Below, piece by piece: positions 1 to 14,772 of a stretch of DNA of 64,000 nt. The notes below the pieces were generated by a model, which saw only the letters and a program-made list of their open reading frames with translations, made no database searches and had not been told where the DNA came from. Origin of the DNA: Chrysomallon squamiferum (taxonomy: Eukaryota > Animalia > Mollusca); NCBI GenBank assembly GCA_012295275.1, contig CM022674.1, forward strand, positions 11,718,001 through 11,782,000. Direction: 5' to 3'. The position numbers and the translations under genes are program-made. Numbering within the stretch: the first letter of the stretch is position 1; every line of letters begins with the position of its first letter.

Positions 1-1680
1 TTGTTTAAAAGGACATTGATACAGTCTAGGTCTTTTGTTAAAATGACATTGATACAGTCTATGGTCTTTTGTTAAAAGGACATTAATACAGTCTAGGTAT
101 TTTGTTAAAAGGACATTGATACAGTCTAGGTCTTTTGTTAAAATGACATTGATACAGTCTAGGTCTTTTGTTAAAAGGACATTAATACAGTCTAGGTATT
201 TTGTTAAAAGGACATTAATACAGTCTAGGTCTTTTGTTAAAATGACATTGATACAGTCTAGGTCTTTTGTTAAAAGGACATTGATACAGTCTAGGTCTTT
301 TGTTTAAAATGACATTGATACAGTCTAGGTCTTTTGTTTAAAATGACATTGATACAGTCTATGTCTTTTGTTAAAATGACATTAATACAGTCTAGGTATT
401 TTGTTAAAAAGGACATTAATACAGTCTAGGTCTTTTGTTAGAATGACATTGATACAGTCTAGGTCTTTTGTTAAAAGGACATTGATACAGTCTAGGTCTT
501 TTTTGTTAAAAGGACATTGATACAGTCTAGGTCTTTTGTTAAAAGGACATTGATACAGTCTAGGTCTTTTGTTAAAAGGACATTGATACAGTCTATGTCT
601 TTTGTTAAAATGACATTGATACAGTCTAGGTATTTTGTTTAAAAGGACATTAATACAGTCTAGGTTAAATTTTGTTAGGTCTTTTGTTGACATTGATACA
701 GTCTAGGTCTTTTGTTAAAAGGACATTGATACAGTCTAGGTCTTTTGTTAAAATGACATTGATACAGTCTACGTCTTTTGTTAAAATGACATTGATACAG
801 TCTAGCTCTTTGTTAAAAAGGACCTTGGTACAGTCTAAGTGTTAAAATGACACTCATATAGTCTTAAAGTACAGTGGTACTTTGTCTTACGAGTTGAATT
901 CCTTCTGTCACCGAGCTCGTAACTCAGTTTGCTCGTATATCAAATCAATTTTACCATTTGAAATTAATTGAAGTACCATTAATCCGTTCAGCCATCAAAA
1001 ACCATCCCAATTTTTTGTAACATGTATTTAAATAAGAAAAATGAGTGTATAAATATTGTATAAAAAAAAAAAAATAAAAAAAAGAGAATGTAAAGAAGTA
1101 AATTAATTTTGTAAAGTGTACAGGATTAGGGATTCTCCATCTTTTCATGGACAGAGGTCTGCAGCTTAGAAATTATTTTAATGCCTTTATCGACTCCTTC
1201 TGATTCCGTATGGTACATATCATAGAAGTGGTACACTCATACTGCCTAGCCATGTTGACTACATGCACACCGTGCTCATGTTTTTCTATGATTTGATGCT
1301 TTAATTCCGTTTCTCCTTCTCAGTACTGTCCTTTGCACTAACTTTCTTAGGATCCATGGAAATTTGGCAAAACAGTGCACAAAACAAGAGCACAACACAA
1401 CAGAGATGCTTCCATGGCGAGGTAACAAGTAGGACACAGGATGCTGCTGTGTTGTTCGCTGCACCAACTAGTGGTGGCGTATTTGAAGCTCCCTTGTAAC
1501 TCGGATTTTAGCTCGGAACTCAAAGCAAAAATCAACCGGCAGCCTGCTTGTAACTCGAAAAACTCATAACTCAAGGTACCATGTATTTGTTAAAATACCA
1601 TTGATACAGTCAAGATATATGTTAAAAAGACAGTGATACAGTGTAGATGCATGTTAAAATGACGCTGATACAGTCTAGGT
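1..1680. repeat. 33-bp minisatellite (unit ~AAAGGACATTGATACAGTCTAGGTCTTTTGTTA), about 26 copies at 1-870, resuming as 3 degenerate copies at ~1584-1680 after a transposon insertion
   Basis: Directly visible tandem units; truncated by the window start. Confidence 0.95.
872..1583. mobile_element. Non-autonomous Tc1/mariner (pogo/Tigger-like) DNA transposon / MITE, ~710 bp
   Basis: Imperfect TIRs: left CAGTGGTACTTTGTCTTACGAGTT, right AACTCATAACTCAAGGTACCATG. TA on both sides (870-871, 1584-1585). Interrupts a minisatellite unit; no transposase ORF. Confidence 0.8.
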
Positions 1681-3105
1681 ATAATTAGTACATTTCTTGT
1701 TTTGTACTTTGTAACGGTATTTATCCTAAAGATGGGAAACTAACCAATTACATATGAATTACTTAAACAGACATAATCTCATTTCCACACTTGTTTACAG
1801 ATCAAACCAGAGTTGCCTACCCTGACACCTGATTAATTTAATATTAAATTGTCTAGCTCTCATCCTATTGAAGGGAAGGTATATGTAAAAAGACAGGTTT
1901 GCATTAAGATCAGCCACAAAAATTGCCATGATGATGAAGAAACGCTGTTTTCTTTTCACCTAAACATGGGTTGTAAAAGTCTGGGGTCAGTGCTATCCTA
2001 TTTTTGAAAAAAATAATAAAAAAATCTTTCCTCTTTATAAGAACAAGGAAAGAAGAAGAAGATGAAGATTAGCACGTATTTTTAGGGCAGGAATTGTCAG
2101 TCTCAATTCATACTTTCCAAACACTGTGGTATGTGTTGTCCTGTAGGAAAGTAAAAATAAAAGATATCTTACAATTTTTTGTAAAAGTATTCTTGCAATG
2201 ACAATAACAGATTTCTTCTTCATTTCATCAATATAATCATTACTGCTGAAATATTTTCAGGTTTTGTTAAAGAAAATTAGAGAAGTTGAATATTTCTGAA
2301 ATAGTATTTGTGTATGAAAAGGCATGGTATGTGTTTACCTGTTTAAGCAGACTCTCTGTAGGTGTGACACTAAGAATGATGACAGCTGGTTTCTCCTTTA
2401 AAATCGTCATTACATAGATACATATATACATATACACATACATGCACACATGTACATACACACAAACACATACATACAAGACATACAATAAATGCAAAAA
2501 TGATTTAATCTACAATATCAAAATGTATTTTCTTTTTTTATTTCCTACTTATTCTTTCTTTGTTAACAAATCATGGAAAATGCATCAAAGACAGAACTGA
2601 TAAAAATCTGCTCAGTCATTTTGTGGTTTTGCTTCATTTACCAGTTTGAAAATGTGGTTTTCCAGAGAACAGTCTGTTAAAAACATTGGTGTGAAAATGG
2701 TTAAGTGATTTTCAGTTAGGATAATTTGTGAAAAATAATTAACAATTGTAAATTACTCAGTCTGTGTAAATATTTAAAATGTTAACAGAACAGATTTTTA
2801 AACTGGCATAAATACTTCAGCAAATTGTTAAATGAAAATATTTAACTGGAAATAGTTTTGTGTGCATGTGTGTGTGTGTGTTATGTATGTGTATGTGTGT
2901 ATCAGTGTTGGTGTGTTTGTGTCTGTGTATGTTTCTGTGTATATATGAGTGCTTGTATATGCATGTTTGTAAGTGTTTTTCTGTGTAGTATGTGTGTATG
3001 CATGTGTGTTCGTGTGTTTGTTTATGTATATGTGCATGTAAATATGTTTATAAGTATATTGTGTCTGTCTATATTTGTATAGGTATGTTTTTGTTAATGT
3101 GTGTC

Positions 3106-3136
<31 letters not shown>

Positions 3137-3499
3137 TTCTTTATATATACATGTTGCATGTAAATCTGTGCATAAATCTTACTAAACAGTAAAAATATTT
3201 CAGACATGTTTTTTTCAACACAAACAAATATCTTTGCCTTAAGTTGGCTTCACTTTGATCAGACAACCTTCATCTGTTGATTGAGTTACAGAATCCCAGC
3301 AAGAAATGATTTAATCTAAAATATCAGAACATGATTTAATATCAATCTTTCCTCATTTTTCTCTTGTCCAAAAATATCTAACTCAGTATCTTCTGACAGA
3401 AATAACATTAAATCTGTCAGCCAAGCAAATGAAAAAAGGAAAAATTAAATGTTTTCATAAAGATTTCTACTTTTATTTTTTATGAGCTAAATCTTTCCT

Positions 3500-3660
3500 A
3501 GAGGGAGGTAACTAAACTAGTTTATCTCCCCATCCTGTTGAGCTCTTTTATCATGGAAGTTGTAAATGTATTATTTACAGAGTGAGATAACTAAATTAGG
3601 TTATCTTCTCCTCCTGTCAGAGCTCTTTTTTGATATAAGTCGTGAAGTGTATTACTTACT
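3500..3660. repeat. Diverged ~80-bp direct duplication
   Basis: Two copies of TAACTAAA(C/T)TAG..TTATCT...CCTGT..GAGCTCTTTT...GTATTA. Confidence 0.6.
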
Positions 3661-4070
3661 TGATAAAACACAGTGTTACAAATAACAGAATAGAAGAGAT
3701 TTTTATTTGACGTTAACAGAGTTATCTTTCCTATTTATAGATGTTCTTGTCACCTATTTCTTTTTTAATGTCATGATTTACTGTTTGTTTATTATGGATA
3801 TTTTATTTATTTGTTTAGTTTTACTTTTTAACAATATTATTATTATTATTATTATTATTTTTTTTTTTTTTCTAAATTTGAAATGTTTTGTCACATTTTT
3901 TATTTCTTTTTATTACTCTTATTTTTTGGTGTGGTGATGTCTTCTTATTATCATTACTATTTACTTATTTTTTCTTTCTTTTATCTTTTTAATTTTTTGC
4001 ACTTTATTATTCTATAATATATCAGATTATGAATATATCTGAATATATATGTGTGTGTATGTGGTTTTTC

Positions 4071-4115
<45 letters not shown>

Positions 4116-4129
4116 TGTATTGTGTGTTG

Positions 4130-4199
<70 letters not shown>

Positions 4200-4642
4200 T
4201 AAATTAGGTTCATGTACATATGTCAAAGTGAAACAGCTGTTGTAAATCAGATAAAAAAACAACATAAATTATAGTATTTAGACCACCAAGAATGGGTTTA
4301 CACAGTGAAACAAAGAAGTATAAAGTAAAACGTGTAAATGAGATTAACTTGTAAATCTGTCTGACACATGTAAAATATGGCATAATAACACTAACAGCTT
4401 TTGTCTCTTTGTGAGGTACAAGTTTTTATTTATCATCACTCAAAATACAATATCAGGAACACAAAAGCATGTAATATAATATACACCCACACACACACAC
4501 ATATATATTTATATGTAGGAAGGCAACATATGGAAAAAATGCATGTATCAAATTTACAATTTAATCTCATTTATTATACATTTTACATATTGAAAATGCA
4601 TATACCAAACATCTGTGTGATATAGTTACATACCATACAATT

Positions 4643-4697
<55 letters not shown>

Positions 4698-4748
4698 TGT
4701 TCGATACATTGTTTCCAAAATGTTCTCTTTACAGACAAATACATATAT

Positions 4749-4803
<55 letters not shown>

Positions 4804-5240
4804 CTTGCACCTGTAATCAACTGACATTATAAATAACATTGTATCTAGGTGGATTCACAGAGTGTAAACACTGAACATACACTGATTTAAAACAAACTTG
4901 ACAAATTATCTCTTTATAAAGTGTCTGTCATTTAAGTAAGGAATTCAGCAGACTGTGAAATGTGGAAGACAGAAACAGACAGTTGTTCATTCCCTAGTTT
5001 TCTTTTACTTTTTACTTTTTGTCGGTGTATCTTCATACTTTGTTCCCCTTTCTTTATCTTTGTGTCTGTCTGTCTTTCACTCACTCTATCTCTCTATCTT
5101 TATATGAATCTCTCTTTTTACTTTTCTTTTTCTTTCGGTGTCATCTATATTTCTGTCTGTCTGACTAACCATCCATCCATTTGTCCATCTGTCTATCTGT
5201 GAATTACTGACTCATCTACCTATTGCTTTATTTATCTACT

Positions 5241-5317
<77 letters not shown>

Positions 5318-8300
5318 CTCTTACTTTCTCTCTCTCTGTCTCTCTCACTGTCTGTCTCTCTCTCTATCAGATTAATAACACATACATAGACTATTTTCCA
5401 CTCTGCACTAGATAATCACAGTTAGTTACACTTTTGTTAATTATCATCAAATGTCTGTGATCAGAGACTGTAAACACTTAAATTTTAAAATGAAAATTCC
5501 TTTATTACCAGTTACAGTGTTATTAATTAATAATACATGGGTGTAGTATTTCACTGTATTCTACTGTGTGGGTTGTTACACTTCAAGCACCATGAGACAC
5601 AACTGTTTTGTTAAATAATAACAGAAAAATCACTGGACCTAAAAGATTTTCAAGTAATTTATTTCTTATTTTATTTTTATTTTTATTTAGTATTATTTTT
5701 TTTTTCTTTTGTTGTTATTATTATTATTTTTTTAATCATCACTGTATTAGGTAAAGATTGGAAGTTGTCTGGCTGGTTTAGAAATATGTGTTTATTATCT
5801 AATTCAGATATTGTAGATTGGGAATATCGTTTTAGGAATATGTGGATGTGGGTTTTTTTTTTTTTTTTTTTTTTGGCAGGGTAGTTTTCTTTTTAGTTGC
5901 TTTTATGAGTAACATATTTTTTCCTGTTCCAACAGGATATTTACAAACATATTTACATTACTCTTACCGTATAAAGGAAGGAATCTTTTACATGCAAATT
6001 TCCTGTAAAACAAAAACATTCATCTTTAGCAATTCATATGGATGTGTTTGGAATGGGAAATAGACAAATGAGCACATTAAGTGTGAATGATCCTTCATGA
6101 GACAGACTGCTGTTCTAACCACTCTCATTATACATTAGAACACACAAACACACACTGATGTCGGTTTTGTGTCTAAAGGAATTTTTGCTGCAGAATATTG
6201 GTTTTTATCATTTTTGATTAATGTTTTCCTTTTTTCTAAATATATATATATATATATATATATCTACATTAATTATTGTTGATTTAATTTATTCTTCTTA
6301 CTTTTCTTTCTTTCTTTTTTGCCATTAATTTTTGTCCATTTGTCTCATTTCATACACTTTCTCTTTGATTTATCCATCCATTACTCTAAAGACATATTAA
6401 ACTATGTTCCGATGCTAATAAAAATGTCTGCCTTGAAAGACATAAATAAAGAGCTAAGTGAGCTATCACCATAGAAACTGAAACATCCTACAAGTGAATA
6501 AAGATTAATTGATCCATTTCCAGCTCGTATATAATTTCAACTTTTTTATAATCTCAAGTCAGACCAGTACTGTTTCCTACACCACCTTTCTCTTTTGATA
6601 TTCAAAATGGATTTTTTTAATTTTGTTTAATTAATTATTGATCTTTCTTGTTCATAGGTAGTATTGACATAAATTTTCTTTTTCTGTTTCCAGCTTTTTT
6701 TCAATTTAATTTCTTTTTAAATTTTTTTTAAAAATTATTTATTTATTTATTTATTTCCTTCTTCTATTTTTTCTTTTGTTTTTTAAATTTATAAATAAAT
6801 AATGATCTGTGAATTTAATGAACATTTTTTACAAAATTCTGAAGCAGTGTAGTTTGAGGATTTCAGTTTTCTGCTGACTGATCTCCCGTTCCAAACATAC
6901 ACATTAACAATAGAGTGCAGGTTGGAACAGAAGATGTGTTTTCTTTCAAGAACAGAGGTTTATAGTAATTACCGACCAATGAAATCATGTTTGACAAAGC
7001 AAGTAAGTATTTAATCAACTGAGATATCTTTGACAAAAAGAATAAAATAATCACCAGCAACAATGCTGACAGAGAAGAAACCCACAATCACATGTCAACT
7101 CAAAGATTAGCAGCAAGAGATCTCTTATGTGTTTTATCTCACAGCACAAATCGCAGCCTTTCTTAAATAATTCATGGAGCAATGTTGGAATGGTATATAA
7201 CTGAACAGGTATGTTTAAGAATAAGAATGAATATTGTTTATGGCTTGTTTTGTCCTCATTAAAAATATTCCATTTGATTATTGTTTCATGTCATCTTGTT
7301 CTGTTTGTTTGGTGACTGTACGTTGATGTATGTGACATTGTGTGACAAGTTGTCACAGTGCAGTTCAGTGCATTGAACCTGACAGTGACAAACTTGTCAC
7401 TTTTGTGTGTTACAAGTTGTGTGTGAAAGTATTTACATCAAGATCTGATGTGTTAATAATGTGTTTGTTTTACTTATACATTTTTAAAATTAATTTTAGC
7501 ACCTGAAAGCTTTTTGATCTGCAGGATAAAACAGAAAACAATAAAAACAACAGCAGCAGCAACAACAACAACAACAGCAACAACAACAACAGTAAAACAC
7601 AATAATACACACACACACACACAGGCATGAATACATACAAAAATAACATGTATATATGAACACATACATATGACACACATGCACACAGACACACACATGA
7701 ACAGAGAGTAAGTCAATAAAAGAAATGCACATATACACACATATACACACATATACACACATATATACACATATATACACTTCCAAACATGAATACACAT
7801 TTACACAAACAAGAATATCATTCTTATTTAAATTAAAAATAAAGAAATAAATAATAAAAAAGAAATAGGAAATAACAAATAAACATTTCCAATTTCCATC
7901 CAAATTCTTGTGGCACTCAAAGAGAAATCACTTCTGCTGTAAAAATATTCATTTCTTGTGTGATCATTGCAGAAAGGAAGTAAGAACGAAACAAAATCAA
8001 TTAAGTATATCCTGACTGAGATGGCAGGAGAATATTTTACTTTATAACCAGCTGTAATATTTTTTTTCCTTCTGTCAACTGCTACCAATTATGGTTATAA
8101 AGAATTTTACTGAATTTGAATTCTTGATTTTAACTCATTGATTCACTTGTGGGAAGACGTATAGGTGTTTGTAACTGTTAGCAACAAACTGAAGAACAAG
8201 AACCTCAGAACTTGGAGTCTGGATAGAGAGAAAGAAAGAATATAGAAGGAAAAGTTGAATAAAATAAAGCAAGAAAGGAAGAGTGTAAGAAAGACAAACA

Positions 8301-8759
8301 AAATAAGAAATAAAACAGAAGAGCTGAAAGAGGAAAAGGAAGAAAGGGAAAATGAAAGAAAGGAAGAAACAAAAATAAGAAAAAAGGTGACAAAAAGAGG
8401 AAAAAAGAAGAAAGGAAGGAGAGAAAGAAAGAAAGAAAAGGTGAAATCCAATAAAGTACAGGACATAAAAAAAAAAAAAAAAAAAAAAAAAGGAAACAAG
8501 AAAGGAAGAATTAAAAGAAAAGAAAAGTAAAAAATAATCAAAGAAAGGAGGCAACAAAGAAGAAAAAAAGAACAAAAAACCCAAAGAACAAAGAGTAACA
8601 AGAAAGAAAGAAGAAAAAGAAGAAAAAAAAAAAAAAAAAAAAAAGAAAGAAGAAAAAAAAAAAAAAAACTGAAAGCAAAAAAGAAAGAAGAAAAGACCAT
8701 CCAGTGAATTGGTTTGTGTATTGATCACCTAAAAAAGGCCAGTGTTCATTTACTTGTAG

Positions 8760-8900
8760 TTGATTGCCTCATCATAGTTCCGTCAAAACACGCAGTTTTG
8801 ACTGTCAGAGTTTCGACTCCGTTTGAACGACGCAAATGGACGAGGAAGAAAACGTCAAAGATTACTTGATGGCCGCCTGATAGAAATCTGTTTTACTCTT
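8760..8900 (+). promoter_or_regulatory. CpG-retaining island; candidate promoter/5' UTR of the M13 peptidase gene, with short uORF MDEEENVKDYLMAA* (8836-8880)
   Basis: Local cluster of CpGs in CpG-poor surroundings, ~400 bp upstream of the candidate first coding exon. Confidence 0.35.
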
Positions 8901-9257
8901 TCCTTGTCTCCACAGATGGGCCAGCCATTGATTGTGTTCTGGTTAAAAATTAGTGCTAAAATTTCTTTTTCAATTATCTAATTTTTTTACGGATTCGATA
9001 ATATAACTGAGGATTGTATTCAACTTTTGCTTTTATTGTTATTGAATCGTTTTTTTTTTTTTTTTTTTTTTTTCTCGTTTTTATTTTTCTGATATTTCTT
9101 TGGAGATGTGAATAGTGAGGGATAATGATAGGTTGACTTTTTCTGTTTTCAATGGTTGCCTATTTTTGTGTAACTTGTCAATGTGATGTTAGCGTGAGGA
9201 ACTGGCAAACATACAGACTACCAGACAGACAGACAGGCACTGGATTAATTTCACAGA

Positions 9258-9285
9258 ATGTTGAGTGAAGAATCACAAATTCCAG
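9258..9285 (+). CDS. Candidate first coding exon of the M13 peptidase (MLSEESQIP + phase-1 G)
   Basis: ATG at 9258, donor CAG|GTATTT. Phase 1 matches the open frame of exon 21550 (G+AG=E, then RIELLPTV...); the total CDS would be 2442 nt = 813 aa. Confidence 0.4.
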
Positions 9286-9414
9286 GTATTTTCTCAGGTT
9301 TTTTTTTTTCTCTGTAGAAATTATTAGGATTGACTATTTTGTTTTGCAGTGCATTAAGGAATCTTTTTATTTTTTTTATTATTTTTATAAAATAATAACA
9401 ATGATAATGATAAA

Positions 9415-9458
<44 letters not shown>

Positions 9459-9524
9459 CAACAACAAACACCATCACTGTTATTGCTACTACAAAATAAT
9501 AATAAAACAATAACAACAATAATT

Positions 9525-9565
<41 letters not shown>

Positions 9566-9904
9566 TTTTAGTATTAATATTATTACTACATTTTTAATCA
9601 TCTTTATTAAATACCTTAAATTTTTAAATAATGGTTTAAAATTAATCTTTATAATCAATAATTTTATAATTAAAATTACAGTTATTAAACATAATAATTT
9701 CATTTAAATCTGATTTTAAACTGTTAAAATCTTTTACACAGGATTTGTTTTAAAAAAAACTAGTTTATAAAAAATAAATTTTTTGGCTTATATTTCTTTC
9801 ATCATAACTGGTTCTACAGAATTTAATTTTTAATTATTTTATTATCTTCTTATTTTCCTCTTTTTCTTTCTTTCTTTCATTCTTTCTTTAATTTGTTTCT
9901 ATTA

Positions 9905-9947
<43 letters not shown>

Positions 9948-10173
9948 GTTATTATTATTATTATTTTACTATAATTATTATTATTATTATTATTTTTTTT
10001 TTTAAATTCAAATAGGCAAAATAAACACATTTCTATTTTAATATAAATTTTCTGGTTGTCACATTGTTTTAACCTAACTATAGACAAGACATTACACACC
10101 ACCATGTTTGTTAATATACCAGCTGGAAAGAAAATTTATAATTAAATAATTTTTTGTTATGTTGTTCTGATAA

Positions 10174-10216
<43 letters not shown>

Positions 10217-10303
10217 ATGCACAAACAAACAAACAAGCAATCAAACAAATTAATTAATTTTTTCCACACAGTACTGTTAATATTTCTTTCATTTGTATTT
10301 TAT

Positions 10304-10334
<31 letters not shown>

Positions 10335-10679
10335 CCATGATGAACAAAAATAAAAACAAATCCCAAGCTATGCTGTTTGAATCAAACTTAATAATAATAA
10401 TTTTTATGTCCTCAATAACAGTAAAAAATTTTTTTTTTTTTTCTTCAAGCTGATTTGACTGTGAAATTGTTTTGTGTTAGTTTCTTATAAACATTCTCAT
10501 TAAGTGAGAAAACAAGTGTGAAGTGAGAGAGAGGCTGAAAGTCTGGAAAATAATTGACTGGTACTTGTTCCAGGAATCCATTACCAGGCTGATTGCTGTT
10601 TAGTGATCACTCCAGGCAGTTGTCAGTCTAATAGAAAGATAAACTTCACTTACAGTTCCCGTCAGTTCCGACATTAGCT

Positions 10680-11005
10680 CAGATACAGTGTCAGATACAG
10701 TGTTGTCAGATCTAGTGTCACTAGTGTCAGCTTGTTGTCAGTTTAGATCTAGTGTAGATGTATTGTCAGTTTAGATGACAGTACAGATGTATTGTCAGTT
10801 TAGATACAGTGACAGTATAGATGTATTGTCAGTTTAGATACAGTGACAGTACAGATGTATTGTCAGTTTAGATACACTGACAGTATAGATGTATTGTCAG
10901 TTTAGATACAGTGACAGTATAGATGTATTGTCAGTTTAGATACACTGACAGTATAGATGTATTGTCAGTTTAGATACAGTGACAGTATAGATGAATTGTT
11001 CAGTA
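10680..11005. repeat. 34-bp minisatellite with internally palindromic unit (TAGATGTATTGTCAGTTTAGATACA(G/C)TGACAGTA), ~7 copies plus degenerate flank
   Basis: Directly visible tandem units. Confidence 0.9.
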
Positions 11006-11940
11006 ACAACATAAATGTATATTATAATAATAATAAAAACAACAACAACAACAACAGCAACAACAACAACATTGTCAGACATGGTAAATTGTTTGGTTTA
11101 ATGCAACCTAAGCAGGATGTGCAGAAACATTGATTTTGATTTACAATAGAAACTTAAGTGTAAGATGTAATTTAGTTTGTCTACATGTCAATATTTTGTT
11201 TTCAAAATATTTACATTATCCACAGTGACAAGTAATTCAGTACACTGCAGCCTCAGAAAGTGCAAGAACCTTAAACAGAATCCAGTCTGTGGAGAAGAAA
11301 AAAAAAAAAAAAAATTAAAAAAAAAATCTTGTCTAATGCCTGATTAGACATAACAAGAAGAAAAAATAGTGGAAAATGTGTTTTTTCCTTATCTTTTGCT
11401 ATCACTTATCAATGAATGACAAAAAATATTATTAATATTTAAACTGGTTTTGTGTGAAAACTGAAAAAAACTGCACTAGTTATTATAAAACTAATCAATT
11501 TTGTGATAGATTTTGTTTTGTTTATTAAATAAAAGATCTCGAGGCTTGAAAAGAAAATTAAAACAGCCAAAAGAAATGAGTTTTCTGTGATTTGATTTCT
11601 GATTGGTCGGATGTTAAGTGTTCTGCACTTTGATTGGATAAAGTTACAAACATTTTTATTATTCTTCGGTTCTGTATTATTTTTCAAGTGTACTAGAATG
11701 TTCTGTTTTCTGAAGCTGAAAATTAAAACAAAATAAAATAATGGTTATTTCAGCACAAACAGTTGTTTTTACTTTTTTTTACTTTTTTTTTTTTCTATAT
11801 ATCTATTTATTTATTACTTTTTATAATAATTTGCTGATCTGTGCAGTATATATACTTTGTTTCATTTTGATGGCCTCTGAAAACCAGAAAAAAATGTTTT
11901 TCAAGATGTTATTACTATGATTACTATCAATATACATAAC

Positions 11941-12004
<64 letters not shown>

Positions 12005-12602
12005 GGAAGAAGAAGAAGAAGAAGCAAGAAAGAATGAAAGAAAGAAAGAAAGAAAGTAGTTGTAATAGCTGTAGTAGTAAATAGTGATAGTTAAAACTAG
12101 TAGTTGTTGTTGCAGGTAGAAATAATAACAACAAATAATCATGATGTTAACTGGAGAATTACTGAAATTATGATGACTTTTTTTTTTTTTTTTAATTTGT
12201 ATGTTTGACAAATCTGTTGTCAGGGACAGACAACTCAAATCAAACAATAACTCTTATTTGCACTAAGGTTTGTTTGTCTTACAGATTACAGTGATTAACC
12301 ACAAACAACAATACAGACAGAGCTTTCAAATCCAGCTTACCTTACTTTTGCTGTTTACATTAAGCCAAAGTTCAAGCACGCCTTGCGTGTAACATAAACA
12401 TTTCTGTATTAATGGGACACTGATTGATTTATTTAGCAGGCTTGACTTACTTTGTGAGTTTACATTTTATTAGGTTCATGTGAGTGGATCATGTAACTTG
12501 ATCTAGTGAGTAATACATCATCTGCCAGTTCTCTTGTGTGTGATGCTTTTTACATACATACATACACACACACATATATACACACACACATACACACACA
12601 CA

Positions 12603-12659
<57 letters not shown>

Positions 12660-13167
12660 TTATGTACATACATACATGCCAACACACACACACCGAATGC
12701 TATACCGAATGACATACATGTACACATATAAATAAATGTTGTAATCTATGAATTCATTTTCTTCCATTCACTCTGACTGACAAACACGGCTACAAAACTG
12801 ATATTATTTCACCACAGACGTATCAGCCAACAAAACAGCAAACACAGAGACATTTCTACAACAGTTTCACCTCTTCCACTTTTTCCTTGTAACTCTGGGG
12901 ACAGGTCCAAACTATCAGAAAGAGGGGTGTGTCATCAAGTTACAGTTCTCAGTATGAATGAGAATAAATCCCAAACAAACACTGATTATACATCATAATA
13001 ATAATAATAAAATAAATGTTCATTTTATTTCATGTGACAGGAGATATTGATTTTATTATACTTAATAATAGATACAGTTCTATTATTATTCTGTACATAA
13101 CAGTGTTATTGTGCATTATAGTGAATACATCTGTTTATGTTTATCAAGAAATGTTATTTATTATTGC

Positions 13168-13216
<49 letters not shown>

Positions 13217-13944
13217 TGTTATTATTATTGTTATTATTATTGTTGTTGTTGTTTTATTATATCCAGCAATAATTAATAACATATTATATATAAAAGAATA
13301 TTACAAATATTAGTAAATAAAATATTGTAAAAAAAAATATTATTACACAAACAAGAATAAAACTCAGTTTTATTTTAACATAATTGTAAATATTAATTTC
13401 ATTATACACAGAACCATATAGTTATTTTATTATACATCACAGTGATTTTATTATATATATATATAAAGTATTAAATACTTATTTTTTAAATTTACTAGTA
13501 AATATTAATTTTAGTACACATAGTAGCAAATATTTATTTTATTATATATAATAGTAAATATTTATTTCATTGTATATGTTTGTACATGTATTTATTTTGT
13601 TACATATACTAGTAAATATTAATTTAATTACATGTAGTAGTAAATATTTATTTTACTGTGTATAATAGTACATGCAAGGTCTGTTATATTTATAATAGTC
13701 TATTATTATATGCAACAGTAGTAGTAACAGTTTTACTGCATACTTGTATTCCACACAATAACACTCACTTTTACTTTAGACAAAATCAGATATTGGTTTT
13801 GTTATAGAGGAGGAGTGATATATCATTCGTATCACACAGGGAATATTAAAACACTGAGATTAGATAGCTTTGTACTGTCAAACTTTTATCTTCATCTTCA
13901 TACCTCCCGGCTGAAACATGGTTATAATGTTTGTTTAGCTAAAA

Positions 13945-14030
13945 CTGTCCAAGTCAGTGAGTAAATTGTGTTGTCCACTGGGTGAATTGTGTTGTCCACT
14001 GAGTAAATTGTGTTGTCCAGTGAGTGTCCT
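13945..14030. repeat. 21-bp tandem repeat x3 (GAGTAAATTGTGTTGTCCACT)
   Basis: Directly visible; starts at a GTGAGT hexamer (13957). Confidence 0.8.
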
Positions 14031-14739
14031 TACATCAGGTAAGTTTTGGACAAATCCTCAACACCTCATTGTCAAGTTTAGCTATAAAAAGATCTTCATT
14101 TTAAAACACTATGGAGTATCCTCTACAATAACATCTTAACATTTATCTTACAATAATTCTGTGTATTATACCATACAATAGCATCATAGTGAATACCGTA
14201 CAATAATGTCGTAGTGTGTGCTGCAACAATGCTGTGTGTACACCATACAATAACTGTGAGGTGTGTTTGACGGCGAAGTATTCACAGTACAATAACAGTG
14301 CAGGCCAGATCGCTGTGGGTGTTACTAAAACGTTATTGACATATATTTCTCTCAAATAGAAATAACTTAAACTCTCAATCAATGCTGGCCCATTGTTAAG
14401 AGGAATGTGTGTTTGTGAGATACACAGATATACACACACTCACTCACGTACTAATCTCCGTACTGTATACGTGAAATACGAAGAACTTTGCTTCTCTCAA
14501 TAACGTATGTAAACAGTTTCTTTTGTTCCTTTTCATTGTTTAAATACCTGGTTTGACCAGTTAATTGGTGGCTTTTTTTTTTTAATATGCTTTTTATTAT
14601 ACTTTTTCTGTAAGTTGTACGTTTTGTATGTAAATGTATTTCTAATGTTAGTTTTGTAGTAGAAACCTGTACACTAAAACTTTGTGTGTTTAACTTGTAT
14701 TTTATTAATTGTTTTTGTAATAGGCTGTCTGTTTATAGA

Positions 14740-14772
<33 letters not shown>

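Noticed and set aside
116-693. Repetitive ORFs on both strands
   Set aside because: Translations of the 33-bp minisatellite.
8135-8728. Phe-rich (-) and Lys/Glu-rich (+) ORFs
   Set aside because: Low-complexity poly-purine tract with no domain signal.
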